A DNA stretch of 64,000 nt, taken from assembly GCA_045612305.1 (NCBI GenBank), contig JAZKYU010000025.1, forward strand, positions 5,813-69,812, read 5' to 3'. Positions 37,474 through 47,297 of this stretch are shown here, one piece after another. The notes below the pieces were generated by a model, which had not been told where the DNA came from, searched no databases, and saw only the letters and a program-made list of their open reading frames with translations. The DNA is from Bacteroidaceae bacterium. GTDB taxonomy: Bacteria; Bacteroidota; Bacteroidia; Bacteroidales; Bacteroidaceae. How positions within the stretch are numbered: position 1 is the stretch's first letter; every line of letters begins with the position of its first letter. Position numbers and translations under genes: made by a program.

Positions 37474-37664
37474 GTGCAAGCCGGGAGTAGTACAAAATAA
37501 AATCTTTTATTTTTTTACCGAGATGCCGCCTATATTGGCGCTTGCGCGCAAATATCCCGATAGTGATGCCGAAACGCCTATAAATACGTGGTATACACTA
37601 GCTATTTGTAATAGTTACCGCCGAAAAATAATAATGAATAGTTTTTTTTAACCCCGTTTTGTAC

Positions 37665-37672
37665 TAATTTTG
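37665..37672 (+). promoter_or_regulatory. Candidate -7 box TAATTTTG for the UbiA-family gene
   Basis: TAnnTTTG match 20 nt upstream of the ATG at 37693. Confidence 0.4.
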
Positions 37673-37692
37673 CTAAATGATAAAGAGTAACT

Positions 37693-38586
37693 ATGGAGAC
37701 AAAGAAACATACCTTAAAAGATTGGTTTTTGGCCACCCGCCCGTGGTCGTACCCCGCGTCGGCTATGCCGGTTTTTGTAACACTTGCCTACCTGCAGTGG
37801 TTGGGGTGCGATGTTAATTGGCTTACAGGCTTGTGGGCCTTATTGAATATTATTCTTTTCCACGCTGCAGCAAACACCTGGAGCGACTATTTTGACTTTA
37901 AAAAAGGAGTCGACAGGGAGGATACTATAGGTGGCGTATCGTTGACAAGCGGTGCTTTTTGCCCGAAGGAGATATTTGTGCTGGCTACGGTGTTGCTGGC
38001 TGTGTCGGTAATATCGGGCTTGGCCTTGGTACTCTCTACCGGCCTCCCAACTTTGTGGTTTGGCTTGATAGGCTCTCTTCTTATAGTGCTTTACCCCTTC
38101 CTGAAGTATAACGCCTTGGGCGACGTGGATATTTTTGTAACCTTCTCCTTGTTGCCCATCTTGGGAACATCTTTTGTGGCTACAGGTGGCTTTTATCTGC
38201 AGGTTATGTGGCTCACAATACCTGTGGGGCTTATAACGGTGGGTATATTGCACATAAACAACACGCGCGATATTGAGCACGACCGTCGTGCCGGCATAAC
38301 CACGTTTGCTATGCTTGCAGGCCGTCGTATGTCGGTGCTGCTCTATGGCTTCGAGGTGCTCTTCCCCTTTGTGTGGGTTGTTGCAAATATTTTTTACGGC
38401 TTTTTCCCGTGGTGGTCGTTGCTTGTGCTTGTGGCTTTAATGCCTGCTGTGAGCAACGTGGCCAAGGCTGTGGGTTATCTCTCGGTAGGTGCAAAAGCTC
38501 TTTGGGGTGTCGATGAGCTGACAGCTAAGTTGCAGCTTATGTTTAGCTTGTTGTTCGCAGTGTCGTTACTTGTAGCATCGTTCTGA
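37693..38586 (+). CDS. UbiA-family membrane prenyltransferase (MenA-like)
   Basis: 297 aa, about 8-9 TM. First Asp-rich motif NTWSDYFDFKKGVD and second motif NNTRDIEHDRRAG match the MenA/UbiA pattern. Confidence 0.8.
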   Translation: METKKHTLKDWFLATRPWSYPASAMPVFVTLAYLQWLGCDVNWLTGLWALLNIILFHAAANTWSDYFDFKKGVDREDTIGGVSLTSGAFCPKEIFVLATVLLAVSVISGLALVLSTGLPTLWFGLIGSLLIVLYPFLKYNALGDVDIFVTFSLLPILGTSFVATGGFYLQVMWLTIPVGLITVGILHINNTRDIEHDRRAGITTFAMLAGRRMSVLLYGFEVLFPFVWVVANIFYGFFPWWSLLVLVALMPAVSNVAKAVGYLSVGAKALWGVDELTAKLQLMFSLLFAVSLLVASF

Positions 38587-38588
38587 AT

Positions 38589-39206
38589 ATGAAAAAGGTG
38601 CTTTTTGCTATCGTGGTGGCTTTTGTCCTGTGGACAATAATGTTTTCTCCCCTCACCGCACCACATATAAATTTTTGGTGGGCTATGACTATGTCGGCCT
38701 GCACCCTCACCCTGCTTGTGACGCTTTTTTCGCATAGATGGTGGCGCAAAATAGAGTTCACCCTTGCCGATGTTCTCTGGGGTGTGGTTATAGCTGCGGC
38801 TCTTTGGGGTGTTTTTTGGTTGGGCGATAAAGTTTCGCAGTTGTTGTTCGATTTTGCACGTCCGCAGGTCGACTCTATATATGGTATGAAGGACGGAGAG
38901 TCGCTTTGGCAGCTCTCTTTGTTGATGCTTTTTATAATAGGCCCTGCCGAGGAGATTTTCTGGCGAGGTTATGTGCAGGAGAGTTTTTCGCGCTACAAGG
39001 GTGCAAATTGGGGCTTTGTGCTCACAACGCTGGTCTACGCGGTTGTGCACGCAGGCTCGCTTAACTTTATGCTCGTTATGGCTGCTCTTGTGGCAGGTTT
39101 TGTATGGGGCTTGCTCTACCGTCTCTTCCCGCAGAGGTTTGCTGCAATTATAATTTCGCACGCTTTGTGGGACGTGGCTGTTTTTGTACTCTTCCCTATT
39201 ATGTAA
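38589..39206 (+). CDS. CPBP-family (CAAX/Abi) intramembrane glutamic protease
   Basis: 205 aa. Motif 1 EEIFWRGY, motif 2 LVYAVVH, motif 3 HALWD. Starts 2 nt after the prenyltransferase stop. Confidence 0.85.
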   Translation: MKKVLFAIVVAFVLWTIMFSPLTAPHINFWWAMTMSACTLTLLVTLFSHRWWRKIEFTLADVLWGVVIAAALWGVFWLGDKVSQLLFDFARPQVDSIYGMKDGESLWQLSLLMLFIIGPAEEIFWRGYVQESFSRYKGANWGFVLTTLVYAVVHAGSLNFMLVMAALVAGFVWGLLYRLFPQRFAAIIISHALWDVAVFVLFPIM

Positions 39207-39229
39207 CTATCTAGTAAGCAATAAAATAT

Positions 39230-40597
39230 ATGGCAAAGGATAAGACTGTTTTTTTGTGTAACGATTGTGGCTACGAGTCGCCTAAATGGTCGGGTAAGTG
39301 CCCAGCTTGTGGTGCGTGGAACACCTTTGTGGAAAAGGTGGTGCGTGCCTCTACAGCAGCCCAAAAGGTTTCGATGACAAGCGATAGGCTGCAGTCGCAA
39401 CCGGTGCTGATAGACGATGTTGCGGCCGACAAGTTACCCCGTATGGATATGGGCGACGCCGAGCTCAACCGCGTTCTTGGTGGTGGTCTTGTCCCAGGCT
39501 CCTTGGTGTTGCTGGGTGGTGAGCCCGGTATAGGAAAGTCTACTCTAGTGTTGCAAACAATACTAGGCTTGCCCTCGCGCAGAGTGCTTTATGTGTCGGG
39601 CGAGGAGAGTGTGCAGCAGATAAAGTTGCGTGCCGACCGCATAACCCACGAACGAGGGAACTGCCATATAGTGTGCGAGACTGTGCTCGAAACTATACTC
39701 ACTCACATAAAGAACATAAACCCCGAGCTTCTTGTAATAGACTCCATACAAACTATGTCGACCGAGGCTGTCGACTCGTCGCCCGGCAGTATGGCGCAGG
39801 TGCGCGAGTGCACTGCTGTGCTTTTGAAGTTTGCAAAGGAGAACAATGTACCGGTAATACTTATAGGTCACATAACAAAAGATGGAGCTATCGCGGGCCC
39901 TAAAATTTTGGAGCATATAGTGGACGTCGTTATTCAGTTTGAGGGCGACCAACACTACCTTTACCGTGTGTTACGCTCTATAAAAAACCGCTTTGGCAGC
40001 ACTGCCGAACTTGGAATTTACGAGATGCGCCGCGAGGGGTTGCGCCAGGTGAGTAACCCGTCGGAGCTGTTGTTGAGCGACCGCCACAAGGGTATGAGCG
40101 GTGTGGCGATAGCGTCGGCCATAGAGGGGGTGGGCCCCTTCCTTATAGAGGCGCAGGCGCTTGTGAGCACCGCAGCCTATGGAACGCCGCAACGCTCGGC
40201 TACAGGTTTCGACATACGCCGCATGAATATGCTGCTTGCTGTGCTTGAAAAGCGTGTAGGCTTTAAGCTTGCACAAAAAGATGTCTACCTGAACATCGCC
40301 GGCGGCTTGCGTGTGAACGACCCTGCTATAGACCTCTCTGTTATAAGTGCAATACTCTCTAGCAATATGGATGTGGAGATTGAGCCCACAATCTGTATGT
40401 CGGGCGAGGTGGGTTTGTCGGGCGAGATACGCCCCGTTAACCGCATAGAGCAGCGCATAGCCGAGGCTGCTAAGCTGGGCTTTAAGCAGATAATTGTACC
40501 AAAATCAAATACAAAAAGGCTCGATACCTCGCGCTTTCCCATAGAGGTGCTGCCTGTGAATAAAGTTGAGGAGGCTTTCCGCCTTATTTTTGGATAA
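39230..40597 (+). CDS. radA: DNA repair protein RadA/Sms
   Basis: 455 aa. N-terminal zinc ribbon CNDCGYESPKWSGKCPACGAW, Walker A GGEPGIGKST, KNRFG motif, Lon-like C-terminal domain. Confidence 0.95.
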   Translation: MAKDKTVFLCNDCGYESPKWSGKCPACGAWNTFVEKVVRASTAAQKVSMTSDRLQSQPVLIDDVAADKLPRMDMGDAELNRVLGGGLVPGSLVLLGGEPGIGKSTLVLQTILGLPSRRVLYVSGEESVQQIKLRADRITHERGNCHIVCETVLETILTHIKNINPELLVIDSIQTMSTEAVDSSPGSMAQVRECTAVLLKFAKENNVPVILIGHITKDGAIAGPKILEHIVDVVIQFEGDQHYLYRVLRSIKNRFGSTAELGIYEMRREGLRQVSNPSELLLSDRHKGMSGVAIASAIEGVGPFLIEAQALVSTAAYGTPQRSATGFDIRRMNMLLAVLEKRVGFKLAQKDVYLNIAGGLRVNDPAIDLSVISAILSSNMDVEIEPTICMSGEVGLSGEIRPVNRIEQRIAEAAKLGFKQIIVPKSNTKRLDTSRFPIEVLPVNKVEEAFRLIFG

Positions 40598-40603
40598 AAG
40601 ACT

Positions 40604-42202
40604 ATGATACACGAGTTTCAGACAAGAGCGTTGCCCCACGAGGCTGTGAACGAGCAAGCGTTGAAGCGCTTTGTTGCCGATAACAAAGGGTGGGATATAC
40701 GCACTATAAATGCAGTGCGTGTGTTGCGCCGCAGTATCGACGCCCGTCAACGCACGATATACATAAACCTCTCGTTGCGTGTTTTTGTAAACGAGCTGCC
40801 CACTATGGAGGAGTTTGTGAGCCGCGAATATGGCAATGTTGAGGGTAAAAAGCCCGTCGTGGTGGTGGGTGCAGGCCCCGCAGGCCTTTTTGCAGCGCTC
40901 AAGCTCATAGAGAACGGGTTGCGCCCAATAGTTGTGGAACGTGGTCGCGATGTGCGCACCCGCAAGATAGACCTTGCAAATATCTCCCGTACCCACACTG
41001 TAAACCCCGAGTCGAACTACTGTTTTGGTGAGGGTGGTGCCGGCGCTTACTCCGACGGAAAGCTCTATACCCGCAGCAAGAAACGCGGTAGCATCGATGG
41101 CGTGCTGAATGTCTTTTGTCAGCACGGTGCGAGCCCCACAATACTTGCCGATGCTCATCCCCACATAGGTACCGACAAACTACCTCGTGTTATAGAGAAC
41201 ATACGTAACACTATAATAAAATGTGGCGGTGAGGTGCGTTTTGAAACACGTATGGAGGAACTACTCTTGCAGGGTGGCAAGGTGCGTGGCGTGCTCACCG
41301 ACAAGGGAGAAATTCTTGCCGACGCAGTGATACTTGCAACAGGTCACTCGGCAAAGGATGTTTATCGTCGTCTGCACGCGGGCGGTGTTGCTCTCGAGAG
41401 TAAGGGTTTTGCTGTGGGTGTGCGCTTGGAGCATCCCTCTGCGCTCATCGATAGCATACAGTATCACAACCCCCGTGGGCGTGGTAAGTACCTCCCCGCT
41501 GCTGAGTATAGTTTCACCACGCAGGTCGATGGGCGCGGTGTCTACAGCTTCTGTATGTGTCCGGGCGGTGTTGTAATACCCTCGGCCTCTGCCGCAGGTG
41601 AGTTGCTTGTGAACGGTATGTCGCCGTCGCATCGTGGCGGTGCCTGGAGCAACTCGGGTATGGTGGTGCAGGTAAACCCCGAAGATGTTCTTCTCCCCGA
41701 GATGCAGATTGATATTGAGGGCGTTGAGCCTGTGCCCGACGACTCTCCTCTGCGTGTTATGAACTTTCAAGAGAGGCTCGAAAAACTTTGTTGGGCAATG
41801 GGTAACTACCGTCAGACGGCTCCTGCACAACGTATGGCCGATTTTGTAAACCGCAAATTGAGTTACGACCTGCCCCGTAGCTCCTACGCTCCCGGGCTTC
41901 TCTCCTCGCCTATGCACTTTTGGATGCCGAAGTTTGTCTCTTCGCGTCTGCAGCGTGGTTTTGAGCAATTTGGGCGTATGTCGCGTGGCTTTCTCACTAA
42001 CGAGGCTGTGATGATAGGTGTGGAGACGCGTACATCCTCTCCTGTACGCATAGTGCGCGATGGTGAAACATTGCAACACATAGGTGTAGAGGGGCTTTTC
42101 CCTTGTGGCGAGGGCGCCGGTTATGCAGGAGGTATAGTGTCGGCTGCGGTCGATGGGGAGCGTTGTGCTCTCTCGGCAAAAGAGTTTCTAGAGAGGCTAT
42201 AG
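40604..42202 (+). CDS. FAD-dependent protein of the COG2509 type (uncharacterised oxidoreductase)
   Basis: 532 aa. VVVGAGPAGLFAA dinucleotide fold, FGEGGAGAYSDGKL, C-terminal CGEGAGYAGGIVSAAVDG. Confidence 0.75.
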   Translation: MIHEFQTRALPHEAVNEQALKRFVADNKGWDIRTINAVRVLRRSIDARQRTIYINLSLRVFVNELPTMEEFVSREYGNVEGKKPVVVVGAGPAGLFAALKLIENGLRPIVVERGRDVRTRKIDLANISRTHTVNPESNYCFGEGGAGAYSDGKLYTRSKKRGSIDGVLNVFCQHGASPTILADAHPHIGTDKLPRVIENIRNTIIKCGGEVRFETRMEELLLQGGKVRGVLTDKGEILADAVILATGHSAKDVYRRLHAGGVALESKGFAVGVRLEHPSALIDSIQYHNPRGRGKYLPAAEYSFTTQVDGRGVYSFCMCPGGVVIPSASAAGELLVNGMSPSHRGGAWSNSGMVVQVNPEDVLLPEMQIDIEGVEPVPDDSPLRVMNFQERLEKLCWAMGNYRQTAPAQRMADFVNRKLSYDLPRSSYAPGLLSSPMHFWMPKFVSSRLQRGFEQFGRMSRGFLTNEAVMIGVETRTSSPVRIVRDGETLQHIGVEGLFPCGEGAGYAGGIVSAAVDGERCALSAKEFLERL

Positions 42203-42217
42203 TATTGTCTAAAGGAT

Positions 42218-42266
42218 AACACACACAACGAGGCCGACATCTTTTGTCGGCCTCGTTGTGTGTGTT
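42218..42266. terminator. Bidirectional hairpin terminator (22-bp stem)
   Basis: AACACACACAACGAGGCCGACA-TCTTT-TGTCGGCCTCGTTGTGTGTGTT. Lies between convergent genes. Confidence 0.88.
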
Positions 42267-42280
42267 GTTATATAAATTTA

Positions 42281-43162
42281 TTACTGCTGCGATACGTAGT
42301 AATCGAGCCAATTGTTGAACAGCTGGTGTGCTGTGTTTTGCCAATAATTGAGAGGGGGTTGCGAGGGGTCGTCGTTAAAGTAGTAGTTAACAGGTATGTT
42401 TATGGGTAGCCCCTTGTGTACATCGCGTTTATGCTCGTTGTCTAGGGTGTAAAGGGCATACTCGGAGTGCCCGGTTATAAAGAAATTTCTTGTTCCGCGC
42501 TCCTGCATAATATAAACCCCCGACTCTGTAGACTCCGACAACAACTCCAAGCGTGGCTCGGCAACAACGTCCTCGCGGTGTATGTTTGTGTGTCGGCTGT
42601 GGGGTACATATATTATGTGGTCGAAGTCGGTGAGCAATGGGTGCTCGGTGTTTAGCTGTGTGTGGGGGAAGACGCCGAACATTTTGCTTGGTAACAGGTG
42701 CTTTTGTATGCCAAATTTGTGGTAGAGCCCGGCTTGTGCCGCCCAACAGATAAAGAGTGTTGAGGTTACGTTCTTTTCGGCCCACGCGAAAATTTCGCAT
42801 AGCTCCGGCCAATAAGTTACCTCCTCGAAAGCAATCTTTTCTATGGGTGCACCGGTTATTATGAGCCCGTCGAAGTGCTGGCCCTTGAGCTCGCCAAACC
42901 CTTTGTAGTAGCGTTGCATGTGCTCGGGAGAGGCGTGCTTGGGTATGTGCGTGTCGAGCTTCATCAGGACGATCTCCACCTCCTTGTCGGTTGTAGAGAG
43001 CACGCGTATGAAGTCGGCCTCGGTGGTCTCCTTCATAGGCATAAGGTTAAGCAGTGCTATTTTAAGGGTTTTATCTGTCGGGGTGGTGAATACCTCGAAA
43101 ACGTTTCCTTCGTCGAGCACGGCTTGCAGTGCAGGTAGCCCTGTTGGTACTTTTATTGGCAT
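42281..43162 (-). CDS. metA: Homoserine O-acyltransferase MetA (acetyl vs succinyl specificity not decidable by eye)
   Basis: 293 aa. MPIKVP start, LNLMP, GLIITGAP, and a catalytic Cys context in the FICWAAQAG-type motif. Confidence 0.9.
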   Translation of the reverse strand: MPIKVPTGLPALQAVLDEGNVFEVFTTPTDKTLKIALLNLMPMKETTEADFIRVLSTTDKEVEIVLMKLDTHIPKHASPEHMQRYYKGFGELKGQHFDGLIITGAPIEKIAFEEVTYWPELCEIFAWAEKNVTSTLFICWAAQAGLYHKFGIQKHLLPSKMFGVFPHTQLNTEHPLLTDFDHIIYVPHSRHTNIHREDVVAEPRLELLSESTESGVYIMQERGTRNFFITGHSEYALYTLDNEHKRDVHKGLPINIPVNYYFNDDPSQPPLNYWQNTAHQLFNNWLDYYVSQQ

Positions 43163-43195
43163 AGCTATGGTGTTGTTATAAGTTCTTCTTTCTTT

Positions 43196-45223
43196 TTACC
43201 AAATATCGAGACGCTCCTCTTTGGGCACAAACATCGGGTGTTCCTCTGTGATGCCGAAGGCTGTGTACCAGTCGTCTATGTGGGGCAGCGTGCCGTTTAC
43301 TCTCCATCGCATGAGAGAGTGAGGGTCGTTCTTTGTGAGGTTGCGTATCTCCTCGTCGCGTACGTTACCGGCCCACACGTTAGAGTAGGCGAGGTAGAAA
43401 CGTTGCTCGGGGGTGAAGCCATCCTCTGTGGAGAGGGGTGCCTCTTTTGTTGCATTCTTGAAGGCTTGCATTGCTATCATAAGGCCTCCGTGGTCGGCAA
43501 TGTTCTCGCCCACGGTGAGCTGGCCGTTTGCATTGAGCCCGGGTAGAACTTCTATCTTGTTAAAGAAGTCTATGATTACCTTTGTGCGCTCGTTAAAGCT
43601 CTCGGCATCCTCTTTGCTCCACCAGTTTGCAAAGTTCCCGTCTTTGTTAAATTGACGGCCTTGGTCGTCGAAGCCGTGTGTCATCTCGTGGCCTATAACC
43701 ACACCGATTGCTCCGTAGTTAAAGGCGTCGTCGGCTTTCATATCGAAGAAGGGGTACTGCAGTATGGCGGCAGGGAAGCATATTTCGTTGGTCACGGGGC
43801 TGTAATATGCGTTCACTGTTTGCGGAGATATGTGCCACAATGTGCGGTCTACGGGTTTGTTGAAGCTTTTTTCAACGTGGTCGTCCCAGCCAAAGGCCGA
43901 TATATCGCGGCACACCTCGGCGTAGCTCTTTGCGGGGTCTATGGTGAGCTTGCTGTAGTCTTGCCACTTGTCGGGGTAGCCTATCTTCACAGTGAAGGCA
44001 TTGAGTTTCTCGTGTGCAGCGGCTTTAGTGCTGTCGCTCATCCAACTTTGTGCGTCGATGCGCTCGCCAAGTGCTATCTGCAGGTTTTTTACAAGGTTTA
44101 CCATGCGCTCTTTAGCTTCGGGAGGGAAGAACTTCGCAACATAGAGTTCTCCTATAATCTCGCTTAAAGAGCCGTCGGTTGCGGCAAGAGCGCGTTTCCA
44201 GCGGGGTTGTTGTGCCTTTTTACCGCTCATAGTACGGCCATAGAAGTCGAAGGCTAGCTCGCCTATCTCGTCGCTCAACTCCGATGTGGTAGAGTTTATT
44301 ATTCTCCACTGCATATAGGCGATAACCTCGCTCAAGGGGGCGTTGTTTACTATCTCGCTCACCTCGGCGATGGCGTTAGGGTGTCCCACATTTATCTCTG
44401 TGATACCGTTGAGCCCGAGGGGTGCAAAGAAACTGTCCCAGTCTATTGCGGGGAAGCTCTCTTTTAGCTTGTCGTAGCTCATAGGGTGGTAGTTGTTCAT
44501 AGGGTTGCGACGCTCCACGCGGCTCAAAGATTTTTCGGCTATGCGGGTTTCTGTTTTCATAACCGCGGCGGTGTTTGCTGTAGCTTGCTCCTCGTTGAAG
44601 CCCTGCAGCAAGAACATCGCTTTTACATACTCTTTGAACTTGTTGCGTATGGTGGTTGTTGCCTCGTCGGTGTCGAGATAGTAGCTTTTTTCGGGTAACG
44701 ACAAACCGCCTTGTGCTATGGTGAGTATGTTTTTGTTACTGTCCATAATGTCGCTACCTATACCTGTTGCAAAGAAACCGCCTATGCCCAAGCGATAGTT
44801 CTTGGCAACGAGGGGTAAAATGTCGGCACGGTTGTTAAGTGCGGCAACCTCGTCGAGCATAGCTTTTATGGGACTGTTACCAAGTGCGTTGCGGCGCGTG
44901 CTGTCCATCGCAAGGTTGTAGAGGTCGCCCACCTTCTGGCCGTTGCTGCCGGGAGCGTTCTTCTGGGCTGCTATCTCGAGCACTAGCTCTTGCAACTGCT
45001 CTTTGCTCTTCTCGCGCAAAGCGTCGAACTGCCCGTAGCGTGCATATTCGTCGGTGAGAGGGTTCTTTTGCGCCCACCCACCTGTTGCATATTCATAAAA
45101 ATCGGTTCCGGGGCACTTTGTGGTGTCCATATTTGTAAAGTCGATCATCGTCTCCATCTTTTTCTCTGTTGTGCAAGCGGCTGCGCTCAAGAGCATAGCC
45201 GTGTAGATAAAAAATCTCTTCAT
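43196..45223 (-). CDS. M13-family zinc metallopeptidase (PepO / endothelin-converting-enzyme-like) lipoprotein
   Basis: 675 aa. Lipobox LLSAAAC, zinc motif VIGHEMTHGFD, downstream ENIADHGG. Confidence 0.9.
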   Translation of the reverse strand: MKRFFIYTAMLLSAAACTTEKKMETMIDFTNMDTTKCPGTDFYEYATGGWAQKNPLTDEYARYGQFDALREKSKEQLQELVLEIAAQKNAPGSNGQKVGDLYNLAMDSTRRNALGNSPIKAMLDEVAALNNRADILPLVAKNYRLGIGGFFATGIGSDIMDSNKNILTIAQGGLSLPEKSYYLDTDEATTTIRNKFKEYVKAMFLLQGFNEEQATANTAAVMKTETRIAEKSLSRVERRNPMNNYHPMSYDKLKESFPAIDWDSFFAPLGLNGITEINVGHPNAIAEVSEIVNNAPLSEVIAYMQWRIINSTTSELSDEIGELAFDFYGRTMSGKKAQQPRWKRALAATDGSLSEIIGELYVAKFFPPEAKERMVNLVKNLQIALGERIDAQSWMSDSTKAAAHEKLNAFTVKIGYPDKWQDYSKLTIDPAKSYAEVCRDISAFGWDDHVEKSFNKPVDRTLWHISPQTVNAYYSPVTNEICFPAAILQYPFFDMKADDAFNYGAIGVVIGHEMTHGFDDQGRQFNKDGNFANWWSKEDAESFNERTKVIIDFFNKIEVLPGLNANGQLTVGENIADHGGLMIAMQAFKNATKEAPLSTEDGFTPEQRFYLAYSNVWAGNVRDEEIRNLTKNDPHSLMRWRVNGTLPHIDDWYTAFGITEEHPMFVPKEERLDIW

Positions 45224-47161
45224 TTATATATTACTGTTTAAATTTTCAAGTTCCTCCATACGCTGTTCCCACTCTGTCATCGCGTCGGCAAGTTGTTTTT
45301 TGAGCGAGGCATACTTTGTAAAGTTCTGTTGTGTGCTTCCTTCGACGGTGCTCATAATCTCCTCCATTGCGCTTATGGCCGCCTCTATCTCGTTTACAGC
45401 GTTTTCGCTATCCTCGACCAGGCGTTCGAGCTTGCGGCGCTGTTTCTGCAACTGTTTTTCGGCCTCGTAGCTCAAGCGGTTTTCGTTTGTGGTTTTTGTG
45501 GGCTCGCTAGCTTGGGTGGCTTTGGGTGCTGTGCCCAGAGCTTCGTTTATGTTTGTTGCGTTTTTGCTTGCAAGGTAGTCGTATATACCGCCTAGGTGCT
45601 CGCGCACTTTACCGTCGCCAAACTCGTAGACTTTTGTTACAAGCCCGTCGAGAAATTGTCTGTCGTGGCTCACAACTATAACAGTGCCATCAAAATCGCG
45701 TATAGCCTCTTTAAGCACATCTTTCGACTGCATGTCGAGGTGGTTTGTGGGCTCGTCGAGTATGAGCAAGTTCATCTGTTGCAGCAGCAGGCGTATCATA
45801 GCAAGGCGGCTGCGCTCGCCACCCGATAGTACTTTTACGGGTTTGTCCGACGCTTCACCGCCAAACATAAATGCTCCTAGAATGTCGCGTATGCGCAGGC
45901 GTATGTCGCCCGTCGCAACGTTGTCAATAGTTTGAAAGACGGTGAGTTTCTCGTCGAGCAGCTGTGCTTGGTGCTGTGCAAAATATCCTATCTGCACGTT
46001 GTGCCCTATTGTTATCACTCCCTCGTGCTCAAGCTCTTTCAGTATACAGCGCACAAGGGTGGTCTTGCCCTCGCCGTTGCGCCCCACAAAAGCAACCTTC
46101 TCACCGCGGTTTATGGTGAAGCTTGCGTTCTCGAAGACTGTGTGCTCCCCGAAACTTTTCTTAACCCCGTCGCAGATAACAGGGTAGTTGCCGCTGCGGG
46201 TAGCAGGTGCAAAGCGCAGACGCAGGCGGCTTGTGTCCTCCTCGTCTATCTCTATGGGCACCATCTTTTCGAGCTGTTTTATGCGGCTCTGTACCTGCAC
46301 CGCTTTTGTGGGCTTGTAGCGGAAACGCTCTATAAATTCTTTTATGTCGGCTATCTCTTTTTGTTGGTTCTCGTAGGCGCGTATCTGCTGCTCGCGACGC
46401 TCCTTGCGGGTTTCCATAAATTTGTCGTAGGATAGCTTGTAGTCGTATATGCGTCCGCACGAAATTTCTATAGTGCGGTTTGTTACAGCGTTAAGGAAGG
46501 CGCGGTCGTGGCTCACAAGTAGCACGGCATTGCTGCTGCGCGCAAGAAACTGTTCGAGCCACTGTATGCTCTCTATGTCGAGGTGGTTTGTGGGCTCGTC
46601 GAGCAGCAACACGTCGGGGTGTTGCAAGAGTAGCTTTGCAAGCTCTATGCGCATTCTCCACCCACCGCTAAACTCGTTTGTGGGGCGGGTAAAGTCGCTA
46701 CGGCGAAACCCGAGGCCCTGCAACGCGCGTTCAATCTCGGCCTCATAGTGGCTACCACCCATCATGGTGTATTGCTCGTTCAGGTGGGTGTAGTCCTCGA
46801 TAAGTTTGTGATACTCCTCGCTTTCGTAATCGGTGCGCTGGGCAAGTTCGTTGTTCATTGCTGTCAAGCGTGCTTCCATCTCGTGTATGTGCTCAAAAGC
46901 GAGCTCTGCCTCCTCAAAAACAGTGCGCCCGTCTATGTGAGTCATAACTTGCGGCAGATAACCCACAGAGAACTCTCGGGGTTTCGACACGGTGCCTTCT
47001 GTGGGTTGCTGCATATTTGCAATAATCTTCAGCAACGTACTTTTCCCGGCTCCGTTCTTCCCGACGAGGGCTATGCGGTCTTTCTTGTTCACAATGAAAC
47101 TTACATCGTGAAAAAGATTTCTTCCTCCAAAATCAACTCTTATGTTATCTATCGACAGCAT
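45224..47161 (-). CDS. ABC-F family ATPase (Uup/YheS-like, two ABC domains plus C-terminal coiled coil)
   Basis: 645 aa. Two Walker A motifs (GKNGAGKST, GRNGEGKTT), two LSGG signatures (FSGGWRMR, LSGGERSR), no TM domain, K/E/Q-rich C-terminal helix. Its stop abuts the M13 peptidase start. Confidence 0.9.
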   Translation of the reverse strand: MLSIDNIRVDFGGRNLFHDVSFIVNKKDRIALVGKNGAGKSTLLKIIANMQQPTEGTVSKPREFSVGYLPQVMTHIDGRTVFEEAELAFEHIHEMEARLTAMNNELAQRTDYESEEYHKLIEDYTHLNEQYTMMGGSHYEAEIERALQGLGFRRSDFTRPTNEFSGGWRMRIELAKLLLQHPDVLLLDEPTNHLDIESIQWLEQFLARSSNAVLLVSHDRAFLNAVTNRTIEISCGRIYDYKLSYDKFMETRKERREQQIRAYENQQKEIADIKEFIERFRYKPTKAVQVQSRIKQLEKMVPIEIDEEDTSRLRLRFAPATRSGNYPVICDGVKKSFGEHTVFENASFTINRGEKVAFVGRNGEGKTTLVRCILKELEHEGVITIGHNVQIGYFAQHQAQLLDEKLTVFQTIDNVATGDIRLRIRDILGAFMFGGEASDKPVKVLSGGERSRLAMIRLLLQQMNLLILDEPTNHLDMQSKDVLKEAIRDFDGTVIVVSHDRQFLDGLVTKVYEFGDGKVREHLGGIYDYLASKNATNINEALGTAPKATQASEPTKTTNENRLSYEAEKQLQKQRRKLERLVEDSENAVNEIEAAISAMEEIMSTVEGSTQQNFTKYASLKKQLADAMTEWEQRMEELENLNSNI

Positions 47162-47289
47162 TTATTCTTTGTTCGCGGTAGTTTACTTTTTTTGCAATGA
47201 CAGTGCCAGCGAGTGAAACACAAAACAATTTATGTTTTTTTTGATGTTTCCCGACGAGCGCCGCCTGTCTTCGCGGTAGTTTACTACCG

Positions 47290-47297
47290 CAAAGTTA
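47290..47297 (-). promoter_or_regulatory. Candidate -7 box TAACTTTG for the ABC-F gene (long leader)
   Basis: TAnnTTTG followed by CGGTAG on the minus strand, 128 nt upstream of the ATG at 47161. Confidence 0.4.

Noticed and set aside
37442-37692. Riboswitch or attenuator upstream of thrA; likewise FMN riboswitch before ribH (49039-49113) and SAM element before metA (43163-43195)
   Set aside because: The thrA -7 box lies only 24 nt from the ATG, leaving no room for a leader. The ribH and metA upstream gaps are 75 and 33 nt and are occupied by a terminator or nothing recognisable.
47167-47295. Possible invertible promoter (inverton) flanked by CTTTGTTCGCGGTAG … CTACCGCAAAG
   Set aside because: The inverted match is short and interrupted (7+4 nt). 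The dominant signal is a direct 16-nt repeat, I could find no good TAnnTTTG box inside the segment in either orientation, and there is no nearby recombinase.
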